The notes under the pieces are model-generated. The model saw nothing but the letters and a program-made list of their open reading frames with translations, did no database searches and was not told the origin of the DNA. A stretch of DNA of 64,000 bases, from NCBI RefSeq assembly GCF_006345805.1, contig NC_043022.1:15500001-15564000 (forward strand). Direction: 5' to 3'. Positions 12,812 to 25,685 of this stretch are shown here, one piece after another (the stretch's first letter is position 1; the number at the start of each line of letters is the position of its first letter). This DNA is from Octopus sinensis. Taxonomy: Eukaryota. Position numbers and translations under genes: made by a program.

Positions 12812-13541
12812 TTAAGGGTATAGAAGGGTGTAGAACAAAATCTGTGTATTATTATATTTTGTATAATAATAAAAGTAAAATCTTAAAAATTTAGAAAGGG
12901 GTGCAAGAACCAGGTAAGATAAGAAGAGTATATGGACCAACTGAAGTGCTAAAAAGACAATTACTTTTATCTAAAAGACTCCTTATACATCATCCTTGTA
13001 GAATTATTAGGGGTTGACGACAAAACCTTTCAAACAATGAGCTCAACTTACATTCAAAATTTATCTGGGAAAGAGGTACACATTTTCTATTGGTTGTAAA
13101 TGTTTTCAAACAACAGAAGATGTATCGATAGGAAACATGTCTGGCCATGGAGTAATATTTACCTTATTTGGAAACGGGTGAGGGTTGACAACAGAAAGGG
13201 CATCTATCTGCAGAAAACCCTGCCTCAGACAAACTCCATGCAATCCATACAAACATGGAAGGTTTAACATTGAAATGATGATGGAATGGACAAGGATGAG
13301 TCATTTCTGAATCCATGAGTCAGAAGAAACAAGCACTCGTGCATTTGTCAATAGAGAGGGGATATTAATGCCTAAATTAGGGGGTACATTAATACACACA
13401 TTAATGCATAAATTAGGGGGTATATTATTTTAACCTATTTTCAATCTGTTGTAAAAATTTAAAAGTAATATTCAGAAATATAAGTATCTGGGTTTAATGG
13501 GTTAATACACATGTTAATGCCTAAATTAGGGGGTATATTAA

Positions 13542-13763
13542 CCCATTAAGTCCCACTGTCCTATAAATAGGACACTAAATGAGAACATTGAATAAGCTAT
13601 ATCACATTGTCTCAGTGTCCTATAAATAGGACACTGAGTATTTCCATTTCTACTTGAAGTAAAGGAGTTTTAGTAATTATTTTTTTCATTTTAACTTATT
13701 TTCAATCATTTGTAAAAATTTTAAAGTAATATTCAGAAATTTAAGTATCTGGGACTTAATGGG
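13542..13763. mobile_element. piggyBac-type MITE family 2 with locally reiterated ends
   Basis: TTAA-CCCATTAAGTCCCA..TGGGACTTAATGGG-TTAA; partial right-end copy at about 13430-13505; repeated TTAATGGGTTAATAC downstream. Confidence 0.85.
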
Positions 13764-13984
13764 TTAATACTTAGGTCTTAATGGGTTAATACTTAATGGG
13801 TTAATACTTGGGACTTAGGGGGTATATTAATGTGTATATTAATGCGTGAATCAGTGGGTATGTTAATGTGTATACCATACAATAGTACAGATCCATCATA
13901 AAGCAGTGAGTTGGCAGAATTGTTAGCCCGTTGGGCAAAATGCTTGGCGACATTTTGTCTTTCTTTACATTCTGAGTTCAAATT

Positions 13985-14230
13985 AATTGTTTGTTGTTAG
14001 CACAATATTTTGGCTGATATACCCTCCAGCCTTCATCAGGTGTCTTGGAGAGATTTCGAACCTGGATTCCCATTCCTAAGATATTTTCAACGTTATTATT
14101 ATTGTTCAGGAATTGAATTCGGAATCTTGGGGTTCGTAGCCCACGCTCTTAACCACTATGCCATATGCATGTAGGCAATTATGGAGTGAATTTTAGGACT
14201 TATAAATTTAATATTTTCCTATCTTTCCTT
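13985..14230 (-). mobile_element. Penelope-like pLTR fragment with a tRNA-like module and an HHR
   Basis: Homologous to 18400-18640; HHR at 13999-14044 (G12>A); tRNA-like segment at 14108-14168. Confidence 0.75.
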
Positions 14231-14251
14231 AATACCAGCTCACATATGCTT

Positions 14252-14287
<36 letters not shown>

Positions 14288-14308
14288 ATAGATAGATAGA
14301 TAACAGAC

Positions 14309-14339
<31 letters not shown>

Positions 14340-16457
14340 TAGACAAGTGGATAGATAGATAGATAGACAGACAGACAGATAGATAGACAAGTGGATAGAT
14401 AGATAGATAGATATATCCACACACAATGCACTTAATTCTGTTTCCATCTACCAAATCCACTCACAAGTCTTTTGTCGGCTCAGTGCTATCGTAAAAGACA
14501 CTTGCCCAAGGTGCCACACAGTGGGACTGAACCCAAAGCCATCAGGTAGGGAAGCAGATGTCTTACTACATGGCAGCCACATAAAATTTTAATTGGTTTC
14601 TGTTTCTTTATATTGATTAACCACATGCAACCGAAGAAACGAGATAATAAAAACCCATAACTAGCCTGATCTGCATCAGTTATGAATTAATTAAATATTG
14701 AACAGATAAGGAAAAAAATCGCTTTATTATTAAATCCATTTGGGGGGTCACTTCAATTAGAACCCCATTGACTTGTAACATAATCCTTTCTACTATCGGC
14801 ACAAGGCCTGGAATTTGGGGGGAGGCGGGGGTCAGTCGATTACATCAACCCCAGTATTCAAATTGTACTTAATTTACTGACCCCGAAAGGACGAAAGGCA
14901 AAGTCAATCTCAGCAGAATTTGAACTCAGAACATAACGGCAGCTGTGTGTGCATGTGTATGCATGGAAAGAGGATGTTAAACGATGATGATGATATTATA
15001 TATATAATTGTATAAGAAAAAGAGATGACACCGGGAAAAACAGTAGTTCTGTTATGATTTTCATAAGCTTACAGCTGTTTAAGGTATAAGATGCAGTGGA
15101 CCCATAGTTGAGTGCCTGAATAACATCCTACAGCTTCATTGGATCCAGGGAATATGAAGTGTAATTTATTTGGGAAAAAAAGAATTAGATTTGTGCCTAT
15201 ATATGGTGTCAGGAAGAGCCTCCAGCCATAGAAACCTTGACAGATCAGATTGAAGCCTGGTGCAGCCTCCTAGCTTGCCAGTCCTCAGTTAAACCATCCA
15301 ACCCATGCCAGCATGGAAAGTGGACATTAAACAATGATGATGATGATGATGATGTAATGATATATATAGCTATATACATATAATTTTTTTTTAATTTCTA
15401 TTTTTATTTCTTTACTACTCACAAGGGGCTAAACACAGAGAGAACAAACAAACGGATTAAGTCGATTACATCAACCCCAGTGCGTAACTGGTACTTAATT
15501 TATCGACCCCGAAAGGATGAAAAGCAAAGTCGACCTCAGCGGAATTTGAACTCAGAACGTGTAATTATTATCTGTGTGTGTGTATCTTGGAAACATCCTG
15601 TCTATGTGTACACACTCACGCATACTGCTGTCTTCCCCTCTCTTCTCCCCTCACTCTATTTCTTACCCCAATCCCTCCCCATCTGCTCCACCCTGGTATT
15701 TCCACCCTAGATGTTATCTTTTCTTTCCACTGACCTAAAAAAACCTGAGATACCCTTGTTTTCTGGTCGGTAATCAACTCACTAGCCACCTGCTGCTGCC
15801 ACTAGATTGCTGCTATCTTTTTACCTGTCCAGGTAATAGAATTACATACCTGTGGCTGTCTGTGCAAATGTGTGTGTGTGTGTGTGTTTGTCTGTGTACA
15901 TGTGTGTGTTTGTGCGTGTGTCATTCTATGCATAAGTCTACGTGTGTATGTGCATGTCTTGGTGTTCATATGTGTAGGCGTGTGTATCTTCGTGAATGTG
16001 TGTCTTTATGCGTGTGTCTGTGTGTTTGTGTATGCGTGTGTAGCTGTGTGTTTGTGGATGTCTGTGCGTGTGTATGTGTGTGTGCAAATGTCTGCTAGTG
16101 TACATGTATGTTTATGAGTGTCTGCTCTTTATGCATGTATGTGTGTGTGTGTGTGTGTGTGTGTGACAACATTCTCACATTTGCCACCCTGAATCTACCC
16201 ACCACCGGAAGGGATTACATTAACAATACCAGCGTCTGTAGAATATTCAAAACCACTGTTATACAACATACACCCTACCAGTAATTCCCCAGGGTCAGCC
16301 ATGTTACACACCATTCGACATAGTGCTACCCAAAGTCCACCTGTGCTTTGCATTAAGGGTAAATTGCACCCAACAGGTATTTGATCATGCTGTTGTTTGA
16401 ATATTGTTGTGCCTCAGAGCAACTCCTGCAGTTTAAGCCCGGAGCAAGCAGTCTTAA

Positions 16458-17179
16458 CCCTTTTGTTACCAACCCGGCTGAAACCGGCTCTGGCTCTGAG
16501 TACAAATGTCTTATTTTCAAAAGTTTTGAATTAAAATGTTCCACCAAACCTTAGTCACAATTTATGTTCCTAACACTAGCTTAATGAAAGCTAAGTTATT
16601 TTACTAAATTCTTTGTTATATTTAAAGTAACTGAAAGAAACACAGAGCATCTCAAGATAAACACAGTAGCGAAAGGGTTAAAATATATAATAGAGAAACA
16701 ATTCTTAACCCTTTCAATACCAACCCAGCTGAAACCAGCTCTGGCTCTGAGTACAAATGTCTTGTTTTCTTAAGTTTTGAATTAAAATCTTCCACCAAAC
16801 CTTAGTCACAATTTATGTTCCTAACACTAGCTGAATGATAACTAAGTTATTTTACTAAATTCTTTGCTATATTTAAAGTAACTGAAAGAAACACAGAGCA
16901 TCTCAAGATAAACACAGTAGCGAAAGGGTTAAAATATATAATAGAGAAACAATTCTTAACCCTTTTGTTACCAACCCAGCTGAAACCAGCTCTGGCTCTG
17001 AGTACAAAAGTCTTGTTTTCATAAGTTTTGAATTAAAATCTTCCACCAAACCTTAGTCACAATTTATGTTCCTAACACTAGCTTAATGATAACTAAGTTA
17101 TTTTACTAAATTCTTTGTAATATTTAAAGTAACTGAAAGAAACACGGAGCATTTCAAAATAAATACAGTAGCAAAAGGG
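16458..17179 (+). mobile_element. Tandem trimer of piggyBac MITE family 1 (251-bp period)
   Basis: Units at 16458-16677, 16709-16928 and 16960-17179, each TTAA-bounded; identical spacer AATATATAATAGAGAAACAATTC. Confidence 0.93.
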
Positions 17180-17351
17180 TTAAAAATCATTGTCATCATT
17201 TCCAAGATCAGCTTCATCATCATCTTCATCGTTATCTTTCTCTTCCTCATCATTATCATCATCATCATTTTCATTGCAATCATCCTCATTATCATCGTCA
17301 TCTTAGTCATCATCATCAAAATATTTGGTGATGTGTGCAAAGTCTTAAAAC

Positions 17352-17560
17352 ATTGAGCTGGTAGAATGGTTAGCACACCGAATGAAATGCTTAGTGGTAT
17401 TTCGTCTGCACTACATCCTGAGTTAAAATTCCATCGAGGTCGACTTTGCCTTTCATCTTTTCGCGGTCAGTAAATTACATACCAATTGCATACTGGGATC
17501 AATCAAATCAACTGGACCCCCTCCCCCAAAATTTCAGGCCTTGTGCCTATAGCAGAAAGG
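17352..17560 (+). mobile_element. SINE family B, tail type 2
   Basis: tRNA-like head GAGCTGGTAGAATGGTTAGC, B-box-like GAGTTAAAATTCC, Meta-like domain, tail CCCCCAAAATTTCAGGCCTTGTGCCTA. Confidence 0.8.
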
Positions 17561-18411
17561 TTGTAGGCAGAGTCTTGCCAAGCTGTTGTTAAATCATTCT
17601 ATGTACACAAAGCAGTGAGGATTGAAATAATGAGGCAGACATCAATTCATAACGTGTCTGCACACTTAAACAGGGAAATAGCATTTGCTGTAGAATTTTG
17701 TCTGAGAGGAGAACTTTTCCCTGGAAAATACCGATTATATTTCAGTATTTAACACATTATCAGCCACAGCCTGTTACAGGAACTTTCCGGTGACAGCAAA
17801 TAAGCAAATATTTCAAAAAATCGACCTGCATACTGTTTAAAATAATTTGTTTTGCATTTTCACAGTATTTCATTGTTAAAGTTTGATATTTAGCACTCAT
17901 GTTTAAATAGCTTTGAAAGCATTTCAAAGGTACAGTGTAGAGCTCTGTCATGAACTCATAGCAGACAAACTGTAGACAGGGACATTCACTGCAGGTTAGC
18001 TTTCAAGCTACCAAGGGACTTCTGGTTAGGCATGGAGCTGACCATCTGTTTGGGTATGGTTTCTATGGCTGGATGCCCTTCCTAGTACCAACCACTTTAC
18101 AGAGTGTACTGGGTGCTTTTTTTGTAGCACCAGTACGGATGCTTTTACCTGGTACCAATACTCACGACCCACAAGATTAGAAATGCTCAACAGGACAAGC
18201 CTGAATGCAAGGGTAACCACTTTTAATTAACACCAGGAGTCTTGCTTCCCTGTCATCCCCTTTATGAATCCCAACATTTGTAGATCCTTTCCCACCATGT
18301 GCTGCTTCTTTTAGTTTTCATAGTTGATATATGGTTGATATATCACGGTTTATTTACATTATTTATATTATTTACATTTGATGGATATTTGTCTTCATCT
18401 TGTTTGTTGTT

Positions 18412-18457
18412 AACACAATATTTCGGCTGATATACCCTCCAGCCTTCATCAGGTGTC
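18412..18457 (-). ncRNA. Minimal type-I hammerhead motif in the PLE pLTR
   Basis: GACAC-CUGAUGA-A-GGCUG-GAGGGUAUAU-CAGCC-GAAAU-AUU-GUGUU; 5-bp stem I and 5-bp stem II. Confidence 0.78.
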
Positions 18458-18519
18458 TTGGGGGAAATTTCAAACCTGGGTTCTCATTTGATGTAAATTA
18501 TTATTATTCAGATCACTGC

Positions 18520-18583
18520 CTGGAATCAAACTCAGAATCTTGAGTTTAGTAGCCCGCACTTTTACCCACTGCGCCATATGCCC
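18520..18583 (-). promoter_or_regulatory. tRNA-like internal Pol III promoter module inside the PLE
   Basis: A box TGGCGCAGTGG (18566-18576) and B box GAGTTTGATTCC (18522-18533) at tRNA-like spacing; also present in the 14.1-kb copy. Confidence 0.65.
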
Positions 18584-19581
18584 GTGGGCAATTATGGAGT
18601 TAATTTTAGGGCTTATAAATGTAATATTTTTGTATCCTTCCTTAATACTGGTTCCCATATGCTGCTCATATCTGCACTCGGTCTGCTTAGGAGGTTGAGG
18701 TTGTTGTGTCCTAGCATATGTGCTGCTTCTTTTAGTTTTCGTATTTTCCAACCGTGTTCTCTGTCTATTATTTCAAACTTCATCCCACAGAGGTAGGTGG
18801 TCTCCATTTTTCAGCTATACCCAATTTTGTCCATTAAATGAAGGAAACCATGATTATAAGATTGTGGTCTCAATTCCTGGATCGAGCACTGCATTATGTT
18901 ACTGTATAAATCAATTCCATGTTGCTCAGTCCACTCAGCTGTAAATTAGTAACCATGTGTGGCAAACTGGCATTCCATTCAGAGGGAGAGTTGTGGTTTT
19001 GGTCCCTTATATGCCAAGGAATTTGGGTAATTGGCCCCTATGGGTCCTGGGACTCGAGGTTGTAATGACATGTCCAATGAATCAGTTTACCCAAGCCAAA
19101 CCCCTTTTCTTTAATATATTTTTCTGAAACTGATGTATTTTGAGGGAAATTTGGCCACTTTTGGTAGTGAATCATGTGATGTACTCTTTACATCAACTGC
19201 TACTTCCTACACCACCACCACTAACAACAACACCACCACCACCACCACCATCACAAGTATCGCTTCCAACAGCCACAGCAGCCGTTCAAGAATTTGGACC
19301 TGGAGATCTCCATTTCCAGCGACTTCGAGGGGCCACCTCCCAGTGGTGTCGGGCGTCAACGAAGAGCCCTCAACTACAACAAGACGACCAAAGATTTTTT
19401 TTTTCTTTTCCAAGGTCTGGGGTCTCCCGCCCCTAAGCCCTTAGACCATCACCTAACCACCCTTACCCGTCTTGTTGCTTAACAACAACAACAATAGCAC
19501 CACCACCACCACCAACATTATCGACACCCCCATCTGCAGCAGCAGCACTACCATCACCTCCATCACCGCCACTTCCACAGC

Positions 19582-19973
19582 TATTCTTTTACTCTTTTAA
19601 TTGTTTCAGTCATTTGACTGCGGCCATGCTGGAGCACCGCCTTTAATCGAGCAGCTCGACCACAGGACTTATTCTTTGTAAGCCCAGTACTTATTCTATC
19701 GGACTCTTTTGCCGAACCGCTAAGTGATGGCGACGTAAACACACCAGCATCGGTTGTCAAGCAATGCTAGGCGGACAAACACAGACACACAAACATATAT
19801 ACATATATACGATGGGCTTCTTTCAGTTTCCGTCTACCAAATCCACTCACAAGGCATTGGTCGTCCCGGGGCTATAGCAGAAGACACTTGCCCAAGATGC
19901 CACGCAGTGGGACTGAACCTGGAACCATGTGGTTGGTTAGCAAGCTACTTACCACACAGCCATTCCTGCACCT
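19582..19973 (-). mobile_element. SINE family A, full length
   Basis: Collinear with 20341-20741. Confidence 0.9.
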
Positions 19974-20340
19974 ATTAGTCACTTAACTTCAAATACTTAT
20001 AACACAACCAAACAACACCACCTCCACCATATTCTCCCCCCCCCCCACACACACACACACAGTGTAGCCCAGTGCTCCACAACCTTTTTTCTTTGTTTTC
20101 TCTCATTGTAATTCCTGAATTTTTTTTATGCTCTGACAAAATTATACATCTTCCTGAATAACATTAGCACATTTTCTATGCTCTAATACTATATAAAAAA
20201 ACATTTCGAACAAAATAAAAAAAAACAACTTTTTTTACAATCGAACAAAATTATACAGCTCCCTGACCAACATAAGCACATTTTCTACACCCTAACAAAA
20301 CTATACATATTTTTAAAATATAAAAGCATTTTCTTCAATT

Positions 20341-20741
20341 GGCACAGGAGTGGCTGTGTGGTAAGTAGCTTGCTTACAAACCACATGGTTCCGGGTTCAG
20401 TCCCACTGCGTGGCATCTTGGGCAAGTGTCTTCTGCTGTAGCCTCGGGCCGACCAATGCCTTGTGAGTGGATTTGGTAGACGGAAACTGAAAGAAGCCTG
20501 TCAGATATATGTATATATATGTATGTGTGTGTATATGTTTGTGTGTCTGTGTTTGTCCCCCTAGCATTGCTTGACAACCGATGCTGGTGTGTTTACGTCC
20601 CCATCACTTAGCGGTTCGGCAAAAAGAGACCGATAGAATAAGTACTGGGCTTACAAAGAATAAGTCCCGGGGTCAAGTTGCTTGATTAAAGGCGGTGCTC
20701 CAGCATGGCCGCAGTCAAATGACTGAAACAAGTAAAAGAGA
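20341..20741 (+). mobile_element. SINE family A (tRNA head, CORE-like domain, central microsatellite), full length
   Basis: A box TGGCTGTGTGG, B box GGTTCAGTCCC, CORE-like CTTGGGCAAGTG, internal (TA/TG)n, tail GACTGAAACAAGTAAAAGAG. Confidence 0.9.
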
Positions 20742-21900
20742 AAATCGGACAAAATTATACACCTTTCTGAATAACATAAACACATTTTCTACATCCTAAT
20801 AAATTTATACACCCTCCTATAAGACATTAGCCTATTTTCATTATAAAGGAACATCTTGGCCAGTTGCTCATCTCGTCTTTGCTGTCTTCAGAAAGAGAGA
20901 CAAACATTGTGTAAAGTTGTCTTAGATACACGTAGCCAAAGAGAGAAGAAGAAAAAGAAACAGAAGAGTTATGGTTGAAACACGTTCTATCATACTGTTG
21001 TCTTTTAATCTTTTACTTGTTTTTGGAACATTAGACTGTGGCCATGCTGGGGCACCACGTTGAAGAATTTTTAGAGGAAGGAATCAACCCCGGTATTTAT
21101 TTCCTTTTAAGGCCTGGCACTTATTATTTTATTGGTCTGTTTTGTTGAACTGCTAAGTTATGGGGACATAGACACATCGACACTGATTGTCAAGTGGTGG
21201 TCGGGTACAAACACATACATACATACATATAAACACACAAACACATACATATAAACACACACACACACATACATATAAATACACACACACACAAACACAC
21301 AAACACATACATATAAATACACACACACACACAAACACACATATAAATACACAAACACACACACACACATATATAAGGAAAATAAGGCAAAGTAGAAAAT
21401 GCTAAGATAATTTTATCATGAAGAACATTTTAGTACCGGTTTCAGTCTTTGCGACTTTTTCAACTTAGAGTAAAGCATCAAAAACAATTAAATTGCGGAA
21501 AAATTAAATGAAATGCTTTTTAAAAATATTTCCATAGCTTTCAAATGCAAGGGACATTTTCCTTTTTTCTGTCTGTCTCTCTACAACCACAACTCCTCCT
21601 CTTCCTCCTCCTACTACTACTACTACAGATGTATTTGATGCTTAAAGAATCATTGAGTTGTAAAAGATCTCTGAAGACAAAGACCACAGTTATATGGCGT
21701 TCCTCTTTCGAAAAATCCCTTTTACTCAATGTAGATCCCTCACATGACCCAAATGTCCTCCTAACCCTTTAGCATTTAAACTGACCATATCTTGACCAAA
21801 TCACCAACCTGTTTTACGTTTAAACCAGCCAGATCAGGCCTCTCACACTTACCCTACACTGCCAACCTAAAAATAACCAATTACGGTAATCCCTCAACTA

Positions 21901-22292
21901 TTACTCTTTACTCCCTCTTTTACTTGTTTCAGTCATTTTGACTGCGGCCATGCTGGAGCACCGCCTTTAATCGAGCAACTCAACCCCAGGACTTATTCTT
22001 TTGTAAGCCCAGTACTCATTCTATCGGTCTCTTTTTGCCGAACTGCTAAGTGACGGGGACATAAACACACCAGCATCGGTTGTCAAGCGATGCTAGGGGG
22101 ACAAACACAGACACACAAACATACATGCACACGACGGGCTTCTTTCAGTTTCCGTCTACCAAATCCACTCACAAGGCTTTGGTCGGCCCGAGGCTATAGT
22201 AGAAGACACTTGCCCAAGGTGCCACGCAGTGGAACTGAACCCGGAACCATGTGGTTGGTAAACATGCTACTTACCACACAGCCACTCCTGCA
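21901..22292 (-). mobile_element. SINE family A, full length
   Basis: Collinear with 20341-20741. Confidence 0.9.
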
Positions 22293-22544
22293 GGTATTAC
22301 GTTCCAAAAGCCCCTACGAAAGGTGAAAATCCATGAAGTAGAAACAGTACTGTACTGTATTATTTTTTATTATTTTTATAATTTGTATTTATTTATTTTG
22401 TTATAAATGCAAGCAACACCATGGAGGAATCGACATAAGATTAAATAATAAACTGCAACAGGTGACCCATGACAGGTGAACCACGGTATGGTGAAGGATT
22501 ACTGTACATTATATTAATCTTGAAGCTACTAAATAATGCAGGAT

Positions 22545-22880
22545 TAATTCAAAGCAGCGTGAAATAAAGTGTCTTGCTCAAGAACACAACACACAGCCCA
22601 GTCCAGGAATCGAACTCACTACCTCATGATTATGAGTCCGATGCTCTAACCCAGTGCTTTTCAACATTTTTGCTGGAGCGGAACCCCAAGGAAACATTCC
22701 ACTGGCTCGAGGAACCCCTGTGCAATAATTTAATAGTCTTATGCACACATAATTTAATAGTCTTATGCACACATATCTGCACACATATCTGCCGATTTTA
22801 GCAGTTTTGTAACTTCTTGCGGAACCCCTGGACTGTACTGGCGGAACCCTGGTTGAAAACCACTGCTCTAACCACTGACC
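22545..22880 (-). mobile_element. tRNA/CORE-like SINE family C head, interrupted by a hAT MITE
   Basis: Minus strand: GGTCAGTGGTTAGAG[insert]CATCGGACTC..GAGTTCGATTCC..TGTGTTCTTGAGCAAGACACTTTATTTCAC. Confidence 0.8.
22652..22865 (-). mobile_element. hAT-type MITE family 1
   Basis: TIRs CAGTGCTTTTCAAC / GTTGAAAACCACTG; perfect TSD CTCTAACC (22644-22651, 22866-22873). Confidence 0.92.
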
Positions 22881-22892
22881 ATATATATACAT

Positions 22893-23280
22893 ATATCATC
22901 ATTGTTTAACGTCCGTTTTCCATGCTGGCATGGGTTGGATGGTTTGACCGAGGACTGTCAAGCCAGAAGGTTGCACCAGGCTCCAATCTGATTTGGTAAG
23001 GTTTCTACAGCTGGATGCCCTTCCTAATGACAACCACTCCAAGAGTGTAGTGGGTGCTTTTTACATGCCACTGGCATAGGAGCCAGTTAGGTGACTAGCA
23101 TCAATCACGTTTGGATAGTGCTTTTTATGTGCCACTAGCACGGGAGCCAGTCAGGGGGCACTGGCTTCGACCACATTCAGATGGTGCTTTTTACGTGCCA
23201 CTGGCACAGGAGCCAGTCAGGCAGCCCTGGCATCGATCACGTTTGGATAGTGCTTTTTAGGTGCCACCAGCATGGGAGTT
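22893..23280 (-). mobile_element. RTE LINE 3' UTR fragment
   Basis: Tail stem and about 57-bp GTGCTTTTTACGTGCCAC repeats. Confidence 0.85.
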
Positions 23281-23294
23281 AATTATATATATAT

Positions 23295-23530
23295 ATGACT
23301 AAGTGTAAAGAACCCCTTCGGTCATGAATGACCATGGGATTGCACCTAGAAAGTTCCCTTCCAAGGCACAAGTCTGGGCAAGGTTGCTTACAGAAGACCA
23401 GTAGCTGGCCATGCATACCAGCCTCCCCTCTGATACAGCTTGGCACTAATGATGTCACAACTCATTTCTACCGCTGAATGACGTGGAGCAAACATGAAAT
23501 AAAGTGTCTTGCTCAAGAATACAACACACA
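23295..23530 (-). mobile_element. SINE family C body and tail
   Basis: Reverse complement of the 3' part of 30679-31015. Confidence 0.75.
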
Positions 23531-24370
23531 ACCAGAGTATAAAAAATAATTATTGCACATAAGTATCTGATATGGAGCCCCAGGGGGTCATAATGGAGCC
23601 AGGTTGCAAACCCATGGTCTACAGGGATTGAAGGGTCTCAGTAAATAGAAAGTGGACCCTATTGTACCTTCTCGTTAATAAAGGTGAGGAGTGTTGAAAG
23701 AGAAAAATCCCCTGCAGTGTTGGTTCTGGATTCTGACACACTGAGTTCAAATCATGCCAGAGTCGACTTGAACCTTTCGTCTACCTGGTGGAAGTGGGAG
23801 TTTGGTGTCAATAACGGAAAATTCCGGTCAAAAACTGGATCGGTGGTCCAGAGTCTAGACAAAACCTCGTATCATAATCTGTGCCTTGAAAACTGCTGGA
23901 TTTGCAGCTAAATCAGAAACAATTGATAAATGAGGGAGAGGGGGAGGTATCAAAAGTTTTAACAAATATTGGGGTAGGGAGGGGGGAAAGGTGATGGTGG
24001 TAGTAGTAATTACGGGGGGGGTAACAGTAGGGACGGTGGTGGCAATGGCAGTGGTGATGGGGCTGGTACTGTTCACTACAAGTCTTCATTTATGTGGGAG
24101 AGTCTTGACTGTCTGTTTGTTGTTGTTGTTGTTGCTGCTTTCGTTGCCAAGTGATTGTGGTTTGAGATTATTGCTATAGCAACTGAACACTATTGGTTTC
24201 ATGCTCTCGAAAGACAAACAGACAAGCCTGTATAGCATGCCTCGTGTTTCTGAACAATTTTTCAGGCACAAGTTTACAACATGGTTGAAAGTTTTCATGT
24301 TCTTTTTAGATTTAAGATCTCTACTGACCTACAAAATTTCAGATCTGAAATTTCCATTAAATGTAAACAT

Positions 24371-24722
24371 AGGTGCAAGAGTGGCAATGTAGTAAGAAGC
24401 TTGCTGACCAACCACATGGTTCTGGGATCAGTCCCACTGAGTGATACTTTGGGCAATTGTCTTATACTATTGTCTCAGGCTGACCAAAGCCTTGTGGCTG
24501 GATTTGGTAAAAGGAAACTGAAAGAAGCCCGTATGTATGTATGTATGCATGCAGGTAGGTGCAGGAGTGGCTGTGTGGTAAGTAGCTTGCTTACCAACCA
24601 CATGGTTCCAGATTCAGTCCCACTGCGTGGCACCTTGGGCAAGTGTCTTCTACTATAGCCTCAGGCCGACCAAACCTTGTGAGTGGATTTGGTTGACGGA
24701 AACTGAAGGAAGCCTGTCGTGT
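24371..24722 (+). mobile_element. Two tandem heads of SINE family A
   Basis: Heads start at 24371 and 24557. Confidence 0.85.
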
Positions 24723-24853
24723 GTGTATATATATAACTTTTTTTGATAAGGTTCATTTCAGGAACTGAAACATGTTATAATGTATATATAAAAATTAAAA
24801 ATTGTATAATACAGCAGCATTTTCGAACTTCATTTTTTACAAATATATATATA

Positions 24854-25066
24854 TATATATACCAATTAAGGACTGAACACGAAAAGTGGACAGTCAACAT
24901 GCTAGATATAGACGTCAAATCGCCATTCACCACAAAAGATTATGTTCTCAGATCAAACTGAGTTTGATCTGAGAACATAATCTTTTGTGGTGAATGGCGA
25001 TTTGACGTCTATATCTAGCATGTTGACTGTCCACTTTTCGTGTTCAGTCCTTAATTGGTATATATA
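24854..25066. repeat. Perfect palindrome (about 106-bp arms, no spacer)
   Basis: Centre at g24960; no mismatch found by eye; embedded in (TA)n. Confidence 0.95.
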
Positions 25067-25159
25067 AATATTTTAATCTTCGGATTCTTTTTTAATATGC
25101 TAGACCACTGGTCTTAATTGATAAATATCAATTTCTACCCTTAATTAATTTTATATATA

Positions 25160-25209
<50 letters not shown>

Positions 25210-25418
25210 ACACACACACACACAACACACACACACACAGATACATACAAACACATACATACAACAAGGCTACCATTGGTTTCATACTGAGAGAAATTTC
25301 TCAATAATCCTCAAGCCTGCCACATGGCAATGTTGGTACTCATCTCCATCTTGAATGTATGTGTGTGTGTGTGTGTGTGTGCACAACAACACATATAACA
25401 TATGAGGTCACTTTAAAC

Positions 25419-25685
25419 CAGTGGTTCCAAAAGTGGGTGGTATTACCCCCGGCTGGAGGCAGTTGAAAGTTCCAAGGGGACATCAAAGAAAAGTGTGGTG
25501 ATAATGGGGCAGTGATTCATGTAAAAACAACAAAATAATAGATTCATTGGGTTAAGTTTTACTTGTGAAGGGGTCTTTACTTCAGAAAGGGGTCTGTTTG
25601 TGATAGTTAACTGGGTGGTGAGGGCACTAGGAATATGGCCTGGGTGCCAAGGGCACAGCAACCCAAAGAACTTTGGGAACCACTG
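25419..25685 (+). mobile_element. hAT-type MITE family 2
   Basis: TIRs CAGTGGTTCCAAAA / TTTGGGAACCACTG; degenerate TSD CTTTAAAC / CCTTAGAC; partial copy at about 35130-35346. Confidence 0.8.

Larger units (their letters stand above)
18298..18830 (-). mobile_element. Penelope-like element 3' region: GIY-YIG endonuclease C-terminus plus pLTR
   Basis: ORF 18613-18807 FEIIDREHGWKIRKLKEAAHMLGHNNLNLLSRPS resembles the PLE endonuclease C-terminal R-K-x-K-E-A helix; 22-bp direct repeat TGTGCTGCTTCTTTTAGTTTTC at 18298 and 18719 (partial-tandem signature); HHR downstream. Confidence 0.75.

Noticed and set aside
16458-17179. Regular repeat-spacer array resembling CRISPR
   Set aside because: The spacers are identical and the repeats are 220-bp TTAA-flanked MITEs in a eukaryotic context; no cas genes.
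19133-19560. Thr/Pro-rich ORFs (also 62141-62422 and 61-363)
   Set aside because: Degenerate (ACC)/(AAC) trinucleotide tracts without splice or domain support.
21430-21467. UUGAAAA-AGUC-GCAA-AGACU-GAAAC-CG-GUA on the minus strand
   Set aside because: The 3' half is HHR-like, but the CUGANGA box has three changes and stem I is only 2 bp.
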